From contig DAOLVF010000001.1 of the NCBI GenBank assembly GCA_035420565.1, positions 23,152 to 87,151 of the forward strand: a stretch of DNA of 64,000 nucleotides, given 5' to 3'. Below, piece by piece: positions 9,176 through 19,637 of this stretch. Both the position numbers and the translations under genes were made by a program. The number at the start of each line of letters is the position of its first letter. Positions within the stretch are counted from its first letter, which is position 1. This DNA is from Spirochaetota bacterium. Lineage in GTDB: Bacteria; Spirochaetota; UBA4802; UB4802. The notes under the pieces are model-generated. The model searched no databases, had not been told where the DNA came from, and saw only the letters and a program-made list of their open reading frames with translations.

Positions 9176-11812
9176 TTATTTAAAACTATTCAATAGTATC
9201 TCTTTACACATGGATAAAGCAATCCCAACATTTTCAGGGGATTTACCACCTGCCTGTGCCAGATCTTTCCTGCCGCCGCCGCCACCACCAATCTTCTTTG
9301 CAACAGCTTTAATGATAGCATTGCAATCAATACCTTTATCTACAGCTATTTTGTTAGCAGCAGCAATAATAAAAGCCTTCTCATCATGTGAAGAAGCAAG
9401 GCACACCACCACTGCAACGGATAGCTCCCGAACAAAATCAGCCACTGAGCGTAATGCTTCAGCATCCATGTTTTGTAATACAGCGCTTACAAATTTTATG
9501 CCATTAATTGTTTCTGCTTTGTCATATAAATCTTTTGCTATACTTTTAAGTCCCTTTTCTTTTGTTTTTTCCAGTTCTTTTTCTAATAACGATACCTTCT
9601 CTACCATCTCAGTTATTTTTTTCTCTACATTTGATTCATTTGATTCATTAACCTCAAGCAAACGCATCACCCTGCCAAGCAGGTGCTGATCATGTAACAG
9701 ACGCTCATATGCTCCTTTAAGCGTCACACCTTCGATCCTCCGTACCCCTGCACCCGGTGAAGCCTCATGCATTATCCTGAAAACACCAATTTTTCCGGTA
9801 TTATCTACATGCGTACCACCGCAAAGCTCCTTGCTGAAATTATTAACCGACACCATCCGCACAATGTCCGAATATTTTTCACCAAACACAGCCATTGCTC
9901 CCGCATGTATTGCATCCTGCAATGGCATAACACTGGTTTCAACCGGCAAGCATGCCCATATCTTTTCATTCACCATAGTTTCAACCTGCAATAATTCATC
10001 ATGTGACATTGCCTTAAAATGGGTAAAATCAAATCTAAAACGCTCCGGTTCAACCAATGAACCTGCCTGTTTAACATGCTGCCCTAAAACATTGCGTAAA
10101 GCTGCCTGCAGCAGATGTGTTGCAGTGTGATTTGCCCGTATACAATTTCTACGTATTCCATCAATGGACAAGCGTACATGCTCCCCTTCTTGTAAATATC
10201 CTTTCTCCATCTGTCCCACATGAATAATGAGGTCGCCGCTTTTTTTTGTATCCTCTACTCTGAAAGTTCCATTATCACCATATATATAACCAGTATCACC
10301 TACCTGCCCACCCGACTCACCATAAAACGGTGTATTCTTGACAACTATTATACCCCTCTCACCATCTGCAAGCTGTACCTTCAAATCTTCAAAATTTGAC
10401 ATGGCAACAACATCAGATTCCGAATCATATTTTTCATATCCTTCAAACTCTGTTCTCTGGATAATCTTTGCTAACTGTCCAACAATAGTATCAATACTTC
10501 CTTCTGCACCTTTCCAGCTCTGGCGCCCTCGTGTACGTTGCTCTTCCATCTTTTTTTCAAAACCAACTTTATCAATAGTCATCCCATGTTCCTGTGCTAT
10601 CTCTTCTGTCATTTCAACCGGAAAGCCAAAGGTATCGTACAATACAAAGACATCATTCCCCTGTATTGTTTTTTCTCCCTTCTTTTTCAGGGCATTAACT
10701 ATTTCATCCAGCCTGTCCATACCATTTTCAATTGTTTCTAAAAAGCGTTCCTCCTCACCTTTAATAACAGCTTTCACATTTTCCTTTGTGGACGATAGCT
10801 CCGGATATTGTTTTCCCATTATTGTAACAATAGGCTCCACCATGGTATAAACAAATGGCTCATGGATACCAATCTGACGACTATAGCGCAATGCTCTCCT
10901 GAGAATACGTCGCAAAACATACCCGCGCCCTTCATTTGAGGGATATGCCCCATCCGAGATGGCAAAAGTCAGCGTTCTGGCATGTTCAACAAGAACATTG
11001 ACAGCAACCTGTGCGTCTCCCTCATAGCGAATATTGCGTTTGTTTATAACATAGTTTACCAATTCATTGAGTTCATCTGTTTGATAGATACTATCGACAT
11101 TTTGCACTAATGTTGCCAGCCGTTCCAGCCCCATACCTGTATCGATACCAGTTTTAGGAAGTGGGTGAAGCTTCCCTTCAGTATCCTGAAAATACTGATT
11201 AAACACCAGGTTCCAGAATTCTAAAAATCGTTCACAATCACATCCTGGTTTACAGTCAGGCTTACCGCACCCAAAGCTTGCCCCTCTATCCAGATACAGC
11301 TCAGAGCAGGGACCACATGCCCCTGAATCACCTGCAGGACCCCAGAAATTATCCTCTTTGCCAAGACGAACAATCTTTTGTTCAGGTATTCCAATGATGG
11401 TATGCCATATATCAAATGCTTCATCATCGTCGGTATATATAGAAACCCAGATATTCTCTTCTGGAAATTGAATAACCTGTGTGGAAAATTCCCATGCCCA
11501 CTGGATAGCCTCTTTCTTAAAATAATCGCCAAATGAAAAATTACCCAGCATCTCAAAAAAAGTGCAGTGCCGTTTTGTTTTCCCAACGTTTGCTAAATCA
11601 CTGGTACGTAAACATTTTTGTATAGAAGCAGCACGTGTGTATTCTGCATTAATTGTACCAGCAAACATAGGTTTAAACTGAACCATGCCAGCCGTGGTAA
11701 AGAGCAATGTAGGATCATCCTGCGGAATGAGCGAGCTTGATGGAACTATCCTGTGATCTCGCTGTTTAAAGTATTCAATAAAAGCAACTCGCAAATCATG
11801 AACTTTCATCAT
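9176..11812 (-). CDS. alaS: alanine--tRNA ligase
   Basis: The class II signature FFEMLGNFSFGDYFK, an HxxxH editing region, a C-terminal DHHA1-like GGGGG motif and the 878-aa length all fit. GAGAGAGGA precedes the ATG. Confidence 0.95.
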   Translation of the reverse strand: MMKVHDLRVAFIEYFKQRDHRIVPSSSLIPQDDPTLLFTTAGMVQFKPMFAGTINAEYTRAASIQKCLRTSDLANVGKTKRHCTFFEMLGNFSFGDYFKKEAIQWAWEFSTQVIQFPEENIWVSIYTDDDEAFDIWHTIIGIPEQKIVRLGKEDNFWGPAGDSGACGPCSELYLDRGASFGCGKPDCKPGCDCERFLEFWNLVFNQYFQDTEGKLHPLPKTGIDTGMGLERLATLVQNVDSIYQTDELNELVNYVINKRNIRYEGDAQVAVNVLVEHARTLTFAISDGAYPSNEGRGYVLRRILRRALRYSRQIGIHEPFVYTMVEPIVTIMGKQYPELSSTKENVKAVIKGEEERFLETIENGMDRLDEIVNALKKKGEKTIQGNDVFVLYDTFGFPVEMTEEIAQEHGMTIDKVGFEKKMEEQRTRGRQSWKGAEGSIDTIVGQLAKIIQRTEFEGYEKYDSESDVVAMSNFEDLKVQLADGERGIIVVKNTPFYGESGGQVGDTGYIYGDNGTFRVEDTKKSGDLIIHVGQMEKGYLQEGEHVRLSIDGIRRNCIRANHTATHLLQAALRNVLGQHVKQAGSLVEPERFRFDFTHFKAMSHDELLQVETMVNEKIWACLPVETSVMPLQDAIHAGAMAVFGEKYSDIVRMVSVNNFSKELCGGTHVDNTGKIGVFRIMHEASPGAGVRRIEGVTLKGAYERLLHDQHLLGRVMRLLEVNESNESNVEKKITEMVEKVSLLEKELEKTKEKGLKSIAKDLYDKAETINGIKFVSAVLQNMDAEALRSVADFVRELSVAVVVCLASSHDEKAFIIAAANKIAVDKGIDCNAIIKAVAKKIGGGGGGRKDLAQAGGKSPENVGIALSMCKEILLNSFK

Positions 11813-12083
11813 AATGCTGAATTCCTCTCTCTCAATAATAAAATAGTGTAGTGATTATCTTGTTGAACCTTTCCCTGTAACAATGCATGGTTGTTTTTGT
11901 ATCTCATTGTTGTATACTTGTAATCAATTTCATAAAATCAATATTATTATAAATTGTGATTAACCCTCTGCATCGGCTACTCAATCAATAACATAACAAC
12001 ATATCAAATGAGAACAATATAAAAAATTGGTGCTACAATTTCAATATTATTTATTTCCACAAAACGATTGTATCATGGATTGC

Positions 12084-12725
12084 CTAATCATCAATAAAAT
12101 TATTATTATCACTATTATTATCACCAAGCCTGTTCAAAACCTCTTTTATTGTATCCCAGCTAAAACCTCTTTGCTGCAAAAACAATCCAACCTTTTCCCT
12201 GGCATGCTCTTTTCCTTTTACACGATTATATTTTTTTTGTGCTATCTGATATATGCGCTCAATATCAGGCTCGTTATCCTGCATTTTTTTTATTGCTTTT
12301 TTTATTAACGATTTATGGATGCCTCGTTCAAACAATTTTTTTTCTATCACCCTGTTGCCAACAACTTTGTGTTCATGTGTCGAACGGACATACTGTAATG
12401 CATAGTGATAGTCATCTATAAATCCTTTTTCTATAAATAATTTTATAACTCTATATATTGTATTCTTATCAAATCCTTTTTTTATAAGATATTTTGTTAT
12501 TTCATGCTCCGATCTATCTCTCAGCCCAATATAGTAAAGAGCTTTTTCCTTACATTCAAACAGCTTTGACTCTTCTTTAATATGTTCATATGCATCAATA
12601 TCAATTTCAGTACCCTTTCGCAGCAATCCCTGTGGTACTGAAACAGAATCAATTTTTAAATGCTCACCACTATCTAACGTTATCATGATATAGCGATCAG
12701 AATATTCTATATCTATTATTACCAT
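12084..12725 (-). CDS. recX: RecX family regulator
   Basis: Repeated three-helix RecX-like segments (ITKYLIKKGFDKNTIYRVIKLFIEKGFIDDYHYALQYV...) are present. Its position directly upstream of alaS matches the conserved recA-recX-alaS order. recA itself is not present. Confidence 0.6.
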   Translation of the reverse strand: MVIIDIEYSDRYIMITLDSGEHLKIDSVSVPQGLLRKGTEIDIDAYEHIKEESKLFECKEKALYYIGLRDRSEHEITKYLIKKGFDKNTIYRVIKLFIEKGFIDDYHYALQYVRSTHEHKVVGNRVIEKKLFERGIHKSLIKKAIKKMQDNEPDIERIYQIAQKKYNRVKGKEHAREKVGLFLQQRGFSWDTIKEVLNRLGDNNSDNNNFIDD

Positions 12726-12758
12726 GAAAGCTCACCATACTATTAATATTTAACAATA

Positions 12759-12787
12759 AAAAAGGATGCTCAGCGGCATCCTTTTTG
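12759..12787. terminator. hairpin AAAAAGGATGC-TCAGCG-GCATCCTTTTT downstream of rpsI
   Basis: An 11-bp stem is flanked by A-run and T-run tracts. On the minus strand it is followed by TTTTTTATTG. Confidence 0.55.
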
Positions 12788-12811
12788 TAAAGAAAAATTG
12801 TATTCTCATTA

Positions 12812-13204
12812 TTATCGTTTTGAAAATTGGAATCTTTTCCTTGCTTTCTTCTGTCCGTATTTCTTCCGTTCCACTTCCCGTGAATCACGGGTTAGGAATC
12901 CTGCCTGTCGCATTGATTTTTTATACTTTTCATCAAGCGCCGACAAACATCGTGCTATGCCTAACTTTACAGCTCCAGCCTGTCCTGTCCATCCTCCCCC
13001 ATTTACTGTTGCATACACATCAAATGAAGCAAGTACCCCGGCTTCTTCAAGCGGCTGTCGTACAACCAATTCAAGAGTCTGTCGTCTAAAATATTCATTA
13101 ATAGGCTTACTGTTGATAACAATAGCCCCATTCCCTGGTTTCAACCAAACTCGTGCAACAGCTGATTTCCTTCTCCCCGTTGCATAATTAACTGCGTTTG
13201 CCAT
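12812..13204 (-). CDS. rpsI: 30S ribosomal protein S9
   Basis: GRRKSAVARVWL...KKARKRFQFSKR; SD GAGG. Confidence 0.95.
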   Translation of the reverse strand: MANAVNYATGRRKSAVARVWLKPGNGAIVINSKPINEYFRRQTLELVVRQPLEEAGVLASFDVYATVNGGGWTGQAGAVKLGIARCLSALDEKYKKSMRQAGFLTRDSREVERKKYGQKKARKRFQFSKR

Positions 13205-13246
13205 AGTACGTACCTCGTATTTATTTATACCTATAGATTTATCTTA

Positions 13247-13693
13247 TTAAAATTTTAATTCCAGATTTTCCGGCTTTTGTGCTTGATGAGGATGATCCTT
13301 CCCTGCATAAATTTTTAAATTTCCCATGATATTGCGTGACAATTTATTTTTGGGCATCATCCCTTTTACAGCATGATATAAAACATATTCCGGTTTTTTC
13401 TGCAACATCTTTTTAATATTTACAAATTTCATACCACCTGGATATCCTGAATGGAAGAAATACTCTTTATCATCTGGTTTTTTACCTGTTAATAAAATTT
13501 TTTCTGCATTGATTACGACAATATTATCACCCATATCCAGATGTGCAGAATAGGTTGGTTTGTGCTTTCCTCGTAAAACATGTGCAATCTCCGCTGCAAG
13601 CCGCCCCAGTACTTTTCCCTCAGCATCAATAATATACCATTTTTTCTCAATCTGAGATTTCTTTAATGAAAATGTCCTTTGCCAGATACTCAT
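13247..13693 (-). CDS. rplM: 50S ribosomal protein L13
   Basis: MSIWQRTFSLKKSQIEKKWYIIDAEGKVLGRLAAEIA; SD GAGAGG. Confidence 0.95.
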   Translation of the reverse strand: MSIWQRTFSLKKSQIEKKWYIIDAEGKVLGRLAAEIAHVLRGKHKPTYSAHLDMGDNIVVINAEKILLTGKKPDDKEYFFHSGYPGGMKFVNIKKMLQKKPEYVLYHAVKGMMPKNKLSRNIMGNLKIYAGKDHPHQAQKPENLELKF

Positions 13694-13860
13694 TGTAGCC
13701 TCTCACACTTCGATGTTAAATGTTAATAGAAAATTTCTAATAAAAATTATATAGATTATAAGCGTAGCACGCTATATATATTAATCAAAAAACTGTGGAA
13801 AAAAGAAATTCATCTCTTTCAGAATTTGGTGTTCAAACTTATTTTTTGATGGTAAATTTG

Positions 13861-14016
13861 TCAAGGAATTAAAATAAAAATTTGATCTTCATGATAATAA
13901 TAATTATCCATATAATGGGTTAGCGTTTGATAAACCTTTAATCCTGATCGAGAAGATGGATTAACTATAACAGTTGCTTTCATTATTTTATCCTGTACCT
14001 GTTTGTTGATAGTCAT
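13861..14016 (-). pseudogene. 51-codon ORF whose product resembles the N-terminus of a DAG/lipid-kinase catalytic domain; possible gene remnant
   Basis: Hand translation gives MTINKQVQDKIMKATVIVNPSSRSGLKVYQTLTHYMDNYYYHEDQIFILIP. The .hIhNPxSGxG pattern resembles the DAGKc N-terminus. The ORF is bounded by stops and is too short to be a functional kinase. Confidence 0.2.
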
Positions 14017-14059
14017 AACAACTGCCTTAAAATAATAATATTTATAACTTTAAAAATAA

Positions 14060-14085
14060 GGGGGCGATAACGTGCCCCCTTATTA
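14060..14085 (-). terminator. hairpin AAGGGGGC-GATAACGT-GCCCCCTT downstream of 14097..15131
   Basis: An 8-bp GC stem. On the minus strand it is followed by ATTTTTAAAG. Confidence 0.55.
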
Positions 14086-14096
14086 TAAACAAATTT

Positions 14097-15131
14097 TTAA
14101 AATTTCTTTAAATTTTTTTGATATATGGCTTTTGCCTCTTTAACTGTCCGCTCGATAACATCTTTTACTGCTGGAACATCATTTATCAAACCCTGACACT
14201 GTCCTATGAGCTGTACACCATATTCTAAATTACCATCTTCAGTAGCAACTTTAATTTTATCAAATGCTGTTGCAAAATGTGCCAGCTGAATCATCATTTT
14301 AGGGCCCTGCAACATAACTCCCAATACCAATTTAAAATAGGGCAGGTTCATCATCTTTGCTATTTTATACGATTGTATAGCAGCATGAGGCAGACTCATA
14401 CCTTTTTTTATTGCTTTTTCTGCTGATTTTGTCTTTAACACACGACAATAGATGCCATCAAATCTGTTGGAATATATGGTATCTTCTATCCCTGCTTTCA
14501 ACTGGGCTTCAATTGTTTTTTTATGGAGAGGGCTTTCTTTTGTCATTGACAATCGGGTACCCATTCCTATACCTTCAGCTCCTAATGCCAATGCAGCTGC
14601 CATTCCTCTGCCATCAGCAATTCCGCCTACAGCAACAACAGGAATTTTAACTTTATCTACAATTGCAGGTACAAGAACAAAGGTAGTAACCTGTCCACCA
14701 TGTGCTGCCGCCTCATGCCCCGTAACCTGTAATGCATCAGCACCCTGTTTCTCTGCAGCCAATGCATGCTTCTCAGTAACAACAGTTGCAATAACCTTAC
14801 CGCCGTATTTATGAGCCCTTTCAGCAATCCAATCACACTTACCCAATGAAACATTAATAATCGGGACCTTTTCTTCCAGCATAACCTCTGCATTTTCTCT
14901 TGCTCCTGGCATGATCAGTGTACATCCTGCACCAAAAGGCTTATTGGTTAATTCACGTATTCTTTGAATGGCTGCTCGTGTCTGCTCAGCTGTTAAAGGT
15001 CCTGTTGCCAGATAACCGGTGCCACCTGCATTACAAACCGCAGCAACAAGCTCGGGTGTGCTTATCCAGCTCATCCCTGGTAAAATAATTGGATACTTGA
15101 TACCAAAAAGTTGTGTAATTCGTGTTTTCAT
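14097..15131 (-). CDS. nitronate monooxygenase / FabK-like FMN-dependent enoyl reductase family protein
   Basis: The N-terminus MKTRITQLFGIKYPIILPGMSWIS and the glycine-rich flavin-binding segments (VGGIADGRG) are typical of the NMO/FabK TIM-barrel family. AAGGGAG precedes the ATG. It is a paralog of 17150..18187. Confidence 0.7.
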   Translation of the reverse strand: MKTRITQLFGIKYPIILPGMSWISTPELVAAVCNAGGTGYLATGPLTAEQTRAAIQRIRELTNKPFGAGCTLIMPGARENAEVMLEEKVPIINVSLGKCDWIAERAHKYGGKVIATVVTEKHALAAEKQGADALQVTGHEAAAHGGQVTTFVLVPAIVDKVKIPVVAVGGIADGRGMAAALALGAEGIGMGTRLSMTKESPLHKKTIEAQLKAGIEDTIYSNRFDGIYCRVLKTKSAEKAIKKGMSLPHAAIQSYKIAKMMNLPYFKLVLGVMLQGPKMMIQLAHFATAFDKIKVATEDGNLEYGVQLIGQCQGLINDVPAVKDVIERTVKEAKAIYQKNLKKF

Positions 15132-15251
15132 AATAACTCCCTTTTTGCTAATAATCGTAATTCAATACACTAACCATAACATAACAATGTTATGGTTATA
15201 TTATTTCAATCAATATTTTATATACAATATTATTTTTTTCCCTATTAACGC

Positions 15252-17138
15252 TTAATCTTCATACATCTTGTTAATGACATCACTATATCGCTGTTGAATT
15301 ACTTTACGCCGTATCTTCATGGTTGGTGTTATCTCACCATTATCCTGAGTAAACTCAGCAGGCATAAGGGTAAAGCGCTTTACTTTCTCTACCTGTCCTA
15401 AACCTTCGGTCAGCTTTTCAATTTTATTGTTATAAAACTCAAGTATTCCCGGATGAGATATTAGTTCCTGGCGTGATGAATACTGAATCCCTTTTGATTT
15501 TGCATATTCATGTAACATCTCAAAATTAGGAACTATGAGCGCACTTATATATTTCCGTCCGTCACCCACTACAACCACCTGCTCAATGTACAAATCCTCT
15601 CCTAACATGGTTTCTATAACCTGTGGAGCGATGTTCTTACCACCAGCAGTAATGATAAGGTCCTTTATACGATCGGTTATGCGTATATACAGGTTATCAT
15701 TATGTTTTTCAACGGTCCCAACATCACCTGTTTTAAACCAGCCATCAGATGTAAACATCTCCCTTGTTGCTTCCGGTTTATTATAGTAGCCATCCATACA
15801 CATTGGGCCCTTCAATTGTATCTCACCCTCATCTGAAACTCGTACATCAACAATATCAAGAACAGGACCGCATATTCCGGGATATGCTGTTTTATCAGTA
15901 CCCACTGCAACAGGGAAAAATTCGGTTAAGCCATACCCTTGTGCCAGTGGAATACCCAGGCCGTTAAAAAATTCATTAATATCTGCAGACATTGCTGCAC
16001 CACCAACATGGAACACACTCGCTCTACCACCCACCACATCTCTCACTTTTTTCAAAACAACTATCTCCCCTATAGCTTTTTTGCAAAGCAAGAATGGATT
16101 GATAAACTTATTTGAACGCTTTCTGGTATCAAATTCTATTCCAGCGTTTGTTGCCCATACAAACAATTTTTTCTTTACCGGTGATGCCGATTCCAATCTG
16201 TCAAATATTGTAGCATACATCTTTTCCCACAAACGCGGTACGCTACACATATAATGTGGTTTTGAAAGCGGTAAAATTGCCATAATATCTTTTGGATTTC
16301 GGCAATAATGGTTTTCACCACCTTTAAGGAGTACCCCATAACTCCACATACGTTCAAAAACATGACTTAACGGCAAAAATGCCAGCGATACCATACCCGG
16401 ACCTGCTTCAGGAAATCGCACTACTGAAGCATAAATACCTGCTAAAAAGCTTGCATGGGTATGGACAGCCCCCTTGGGATTGCCGGTTGTCCCTGAGGTA
16501 TAAATAATGGTAAGCATATCGTTACTTGATAGTCCCCGCATGCGGGATGTAACCTGTTCAATAACCGCACTATCTACTGTAGTATTAATAATATCTTTTA
16601 CATAAAAACCCTTTTCACTGGTTACAGTGACATCATCCTGCAGCGATATAACATGAGTAACAGATGACATGGTGGCAATTTCTAAAATCTTATCAAATTG
16701 TTCCTGATCACCAGTAAATACCACCTTGATTCCTGCATCTTCAATAATATATCGAGCTTCATCCTTTGAATTGGTTGCATAGATTGGAACAGGGACACAC
16801 CCGGAAGATTGTATTCCTAAATCTACTATGGTCCATTCAGGACAATTTTGCGCAAAAATTGCAATCTTATCCCCAGACTGACATCCATGGGATATTAAAA
16901 AATATCCTATTGCATAGGCATGGTGTTTAAGCTCAGACCATGTATAGGAATATTTCTCATCACCCTTAAAGCCGGTTAATGCGATACTATCACCTCGTGC
17001 ATCAGCACGGGATAGTAGCATAGAAACAACCGTTTTTTCTTCTGATAAAAAATCGTGTAATCCTTGCAATGTTGCTTTCTGCATAACAAACCCTTTTGCA
17101 ATAATATTCTTTGATGATAATTCTGTCGTACTCTTCAA
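15252..17138 (-). CDS. long-chain fatty-acid--CoA ligase paralog
   Basis: IIYTSGTTGNPKGAVHTH. The track start is a TTG at 17138 with no SD. An in-frame ATG at 17084 (MQKATLQ...) has AAAGGG 7 nt upstream and is the likelier start. Confidence 0.8.
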   Translation of the reverse strand: MKSTTELSSKNIIAKGFVMQKATLQGLHDFLSEEKTVVSMLLSRADARGDSIALTGFKGDEKYSYTWSELKHHAYAIGYFLISHGCQSGDKIAIFAQNCPEWTIVDLGIQSSGCVPVPIYATNSKDEARYIIEDAGIKVVFTGDQEQFDKILEIATMSSVTHVISLQDDVTVTSEKGFYVKDIINTTVDSAVIEQVTSRMRGLSSNDMLTIIYTSGTTGNPKGAVHTHASFLAGIYASVVRFPEAGPGMVSLAFLPLSHVFERMWSYGVLLKGGENHYCRNPKDIMAILPLSKPHYMCSVPRLWEKMYATIFDRLESASPVKKKLFVWATNAGIEFDTRKRSNKFINPFLLCKKAIGEIVVLKKVRDVVGGRASVFHVGGAAMSADINEFFNGLGIPLAQGYGLTEFFPVAVGTDKTAYPGICGPVLDIVDVRVSDEGEIQLKGPMCMDGYYNKPEATREMFTSDGWFKTGDVGTVEKHNDNLYIRITDRIKDLIITAGGKNIAPQVIETMLGEDLYIEQVVVVGDGRKYISALIVPNFEMLHEYAKSKGIQYSSRQELISHPGILEFYNNKIEKLTEGLGQVEKVKRFTLMPAEFTQDNGEITPTMKIRRKVIQQRYSDVINKMYED

Positions 17139-17149
17139 TGACTATCGTG

Positions 17150-18187
17150 CTATTTTACTTTTTTTGATAACTGTTTCTCTATCGCTACTGCTTCTTTTAC
17201 TATTGAATCCACTACCTGCTTTACCGTTGGTGTATCCTTTATTATGCCGCTTACCTGCCCCAATGGCAGCACACCTTTTGCAAAATCGCCATCAATGGTA
17301 CCCAGTTTAAATGCATCAAATCCAATTGCCATCTGTGCCATTTGCATCGATCGTTTTGGCCCCATGAGCATAATGCCAATCGCTAACTTAAGCCATGGAA
17401 ACTCTAACATATCGGCAATCTTTTTGGATCTGATAAGTGCACTGAATGGATTTAATCGTTTTTTCAATAAATGCTCAACCCCTTTAGACTTCATGAACCT
17501 GGCAGGCAAGCCATCAACTTTTGGTGTATAAATAGTATCATATACCTCACTTTTTACACTTGCCTGTTTTGCCTGTTCTGCAGCCGGACTTTCTTTGGTA
17601 TTCATAAAACGAGTACCCATTGCTATGCCATCTGCCCCCAGCGCCAGCGCAGCTAAAAGCCCTCTACCATCGGCAAAACCACCAGCAGCAATAATAGGTA
17701 TATCTAACGCATCAGCAATTGCCGGAATAAGTACAAGCGAAGTAATTGCTCCGCCATGCCCGGCTGCTTCATATCCTGTAACAATTAATGCATCAGCACC
17801 ATCCCGTTGTGCAGCAAATGCATGTTTATGTGTGGTAACTGTTGCCACTACCTTGCCACCATAGGCATGAGCTGCTTTTGCAATCTTATCACCTTTGCCT
17901 AATGAGTAATTTATAATAGGAACTTTTTCTTCAATTAAAACCTGTGCATTCCGTTCAGCACCGGGGAAATAAAGGGTAACATTTGCACCAAATGGCTTTT
18001 TGGTGAGCGACCGTATTTTCTGCACCGCTTCACGGGTCTGATCTGCTGTTAATACCCCGGTGGCAAGAATTCCCAAACCCCCGGCATTTGATACTGCAGC
18101 AACAAGCTCCGGAGTGCTTATCCAGCTCATCCCTGAAAGCACTATTGGATATTGAATCTTAAATAGTTCTGTAATTCTTGTTTTCAT
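17150..18187 (-). CDS. nitronate monooxygenase / FabK-like paralog
   Basis: About 60% identical by eye to 14097..15131. AAGGAG precedes the ATG. Confidence 0.7.
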   Translation of the reverse strand: MKTRITELFKIQYPIVLSGMSWISTPELVAAVSNAGGLGILATGVLTADQTREAVQKIRSLTKKPFGANVTLYFPGAERNAQVLIEEKVPIINYSLGKGDKIAKAAHAYGGKVVATVTTHKHAFAAQRDGADALIVTGYEAAGHGGAITSLVLIPAIADALDIPIIAAGGFADGRGLLAALALGADGIAMGTRFMNTKESPAAEQAKQASVKSEVYDTIYTPKVDGLPARFMKSKGVEHLLKKRLNPFSALIRSKKIADMLEFPWLKLAIGIMLMGPKRSMQMAQMAIGFDAFKLGTIDGDFAKGVLPLGQVSGIIKDTPTVKQVVDSIVKEAVAIEKQLSKKVK

Positions 18188-18314
18188 TGAATACTCCTTT
18201 ATATATAAATTTGAATAAGTATGCCTTTTCTCAATTTTACCGCAAACATAACTAAGTTATCTAAAAAAGCAATAAAATTATAGTATTTTGTAAAACTTTC
18301 ATATTATCAGTGAA

Positions 18315-19637
18315 TTAGATGGTGGTGTAATCAATCCTGCACATAACATATGGCAGATAACTATCGCCAATCCATTCGCGCTCTTTTGATAGTACTATTG
18401 TATCATCAAGCATCCTTGTTACATCATCAGCCACCATACAATTTTTAAGCCTTCCCTGTACCTCTCCGTTATTGACAAACCATGCCATATCTAAATTAGC
18501 AGAAAATTGTCCCATCAATGTATTTGATTGACCAAATCCTATGAATTGGTCAATAATGATACCGGTGTCCATCTGTCTAATCATATCTTTGAATGATACA
18601 TCCCCACCCGGCACCACAATGTTGCTAAAGCTTTCCTGTGGCAATGTAGCATAGCTACGCGATGCATTACCGGTTGGGTTGCACTGTAATATATGGCTAC
18701 TCTGCAGGTGCGCTATATGCCGTTGTACATATCCACACTCAATGATCGTTTTATTAAAAGCCATCACCCCTTCACCATCAAAAGGGTAACTGCCGGGTGC
18801 AAAATGTTCAAGCGGATTATCATACACACTCAACTGCTTGCCAAAAACTTTCTGCCCAAATTTTCCTATATAGCGCGATATACCCCGTTGAATCGACTTC
18901 CCGGAAAGCCCCTGTAGTACCACCCCCATAATCTGGCCAAATGCTTTTGGCGTTAGTATAGCATAATAGTTGCCAGAAGGGATAGCAGCATTCGTTTCGC
19001 TGAATTGCAACTTCATAATAAGACGATTAACAATTTCATGGTAATCAAATGTGCTTCCCCATGAAGTACTTTCATATACCTGCATACGGCTCCCATCCGA
19101 TACTATGCGCAATCCCGAAACGCTAACCCCATGTTGCAGGTAACGATATCCCGCTTCAAAACCACTGGAGTTGGTCAAATAAACATATCCGTCAACACAC
19201 CCTGCCGAACTATCAACCATGCAATCACTATATGCTTTACGGATTGTATCTATGATAGCTTGCACTTGCTGGACCTGATTTTCTACAGTCCAGCTTTCCA
19301 ACCATTGTTCATCATAGAGCGTTACTTTAGGAATGGCATTTTTACCAGGGAGTGCATAATCCTCGTTATCCCCATACTGTGCAGTATCCTTTGCATGGGC
19401 AATGACAGTTTTTATATCATTGAAATCATTACAATATGAAAAACCGGTTTTCCCATGTATGTTCAGGCGGATACCATATCCCCGTACTGCAGATTCGCGC
19501 GCTGAATGAAATACATTATTTTTAAAGGTAACTGACTTACTGATAGTATCATTGGAATAGATATCCCACCATCTGCATTGAACGCCCTGGCATTCTTTGC
19601 GAATAGCATCATGATTTCTTTTTGCTGCCTCCAGCAC
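18315..19637 (-). CDS. pmbA: PmbA/TldE family metalloprotease-associated protein
   Basis: TldD/PmbA-family fold by overall similarity. The GTG start overlaps the tldD 3' end by 29 nt. Confidence 0.7.
   Translation of the reverse strand: MLEAAKRNHDAIRKECQGVQCRWWDIYSNDTISKSVTFKNNVFHSARESAVRGYGIRLNIHGKTGFSYCNDFNDIKTVIAHAKDTAQYGDNEDYALPGKNAIPKVTLYDEQWLESWTVENQVQQVQAIIDTIRKAYSDCMVDSSAGCVDGYVYLTNSSGFEAGYRYLQHGVSVSGLRIVSDGSRMQVYESTSWGSTFDYHEIVNRLIMKLQFSETNAAIPSGNYYAILTPKAFGQIMGVVLQGLSGKSIQRGISRYIGKFGQKVFGKQLSVYDNPLEHFAPGSYPFDGEGVMAFNKTIIECGYVQRHIAHLQSSHILQCNPTGNASRSYATLPQESFSNIVVPGGDVSFKDMIRQMDTGIIIDQFIGFGQSNTLMGQFSANLDMAWFVNNGEVQGRLKNCMVADDVTRMLDDTIVLSKEREWIGDSYLPYVMCRIDYTTI

Noticed and set aside
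9210-10850. Plus-strand ORFs (159 aa, 170 aa and others) rich in Ser/Pro/Cys inside alaS
   Set aside because: They are antisense to a highly conserved gene, have low-complexity composition and no SD. They are artefacts. The same applies to the plus-strand ORFs inside copA (23916-24921) and the minus-strand ORFs inside the giant gene.
12766-13204. Plus-strand ORFs of 107 and 129 aa overlapping rpsI
   Set aside because: They are antisense to a ribosomal protein gene and have no SD. Artefacts.
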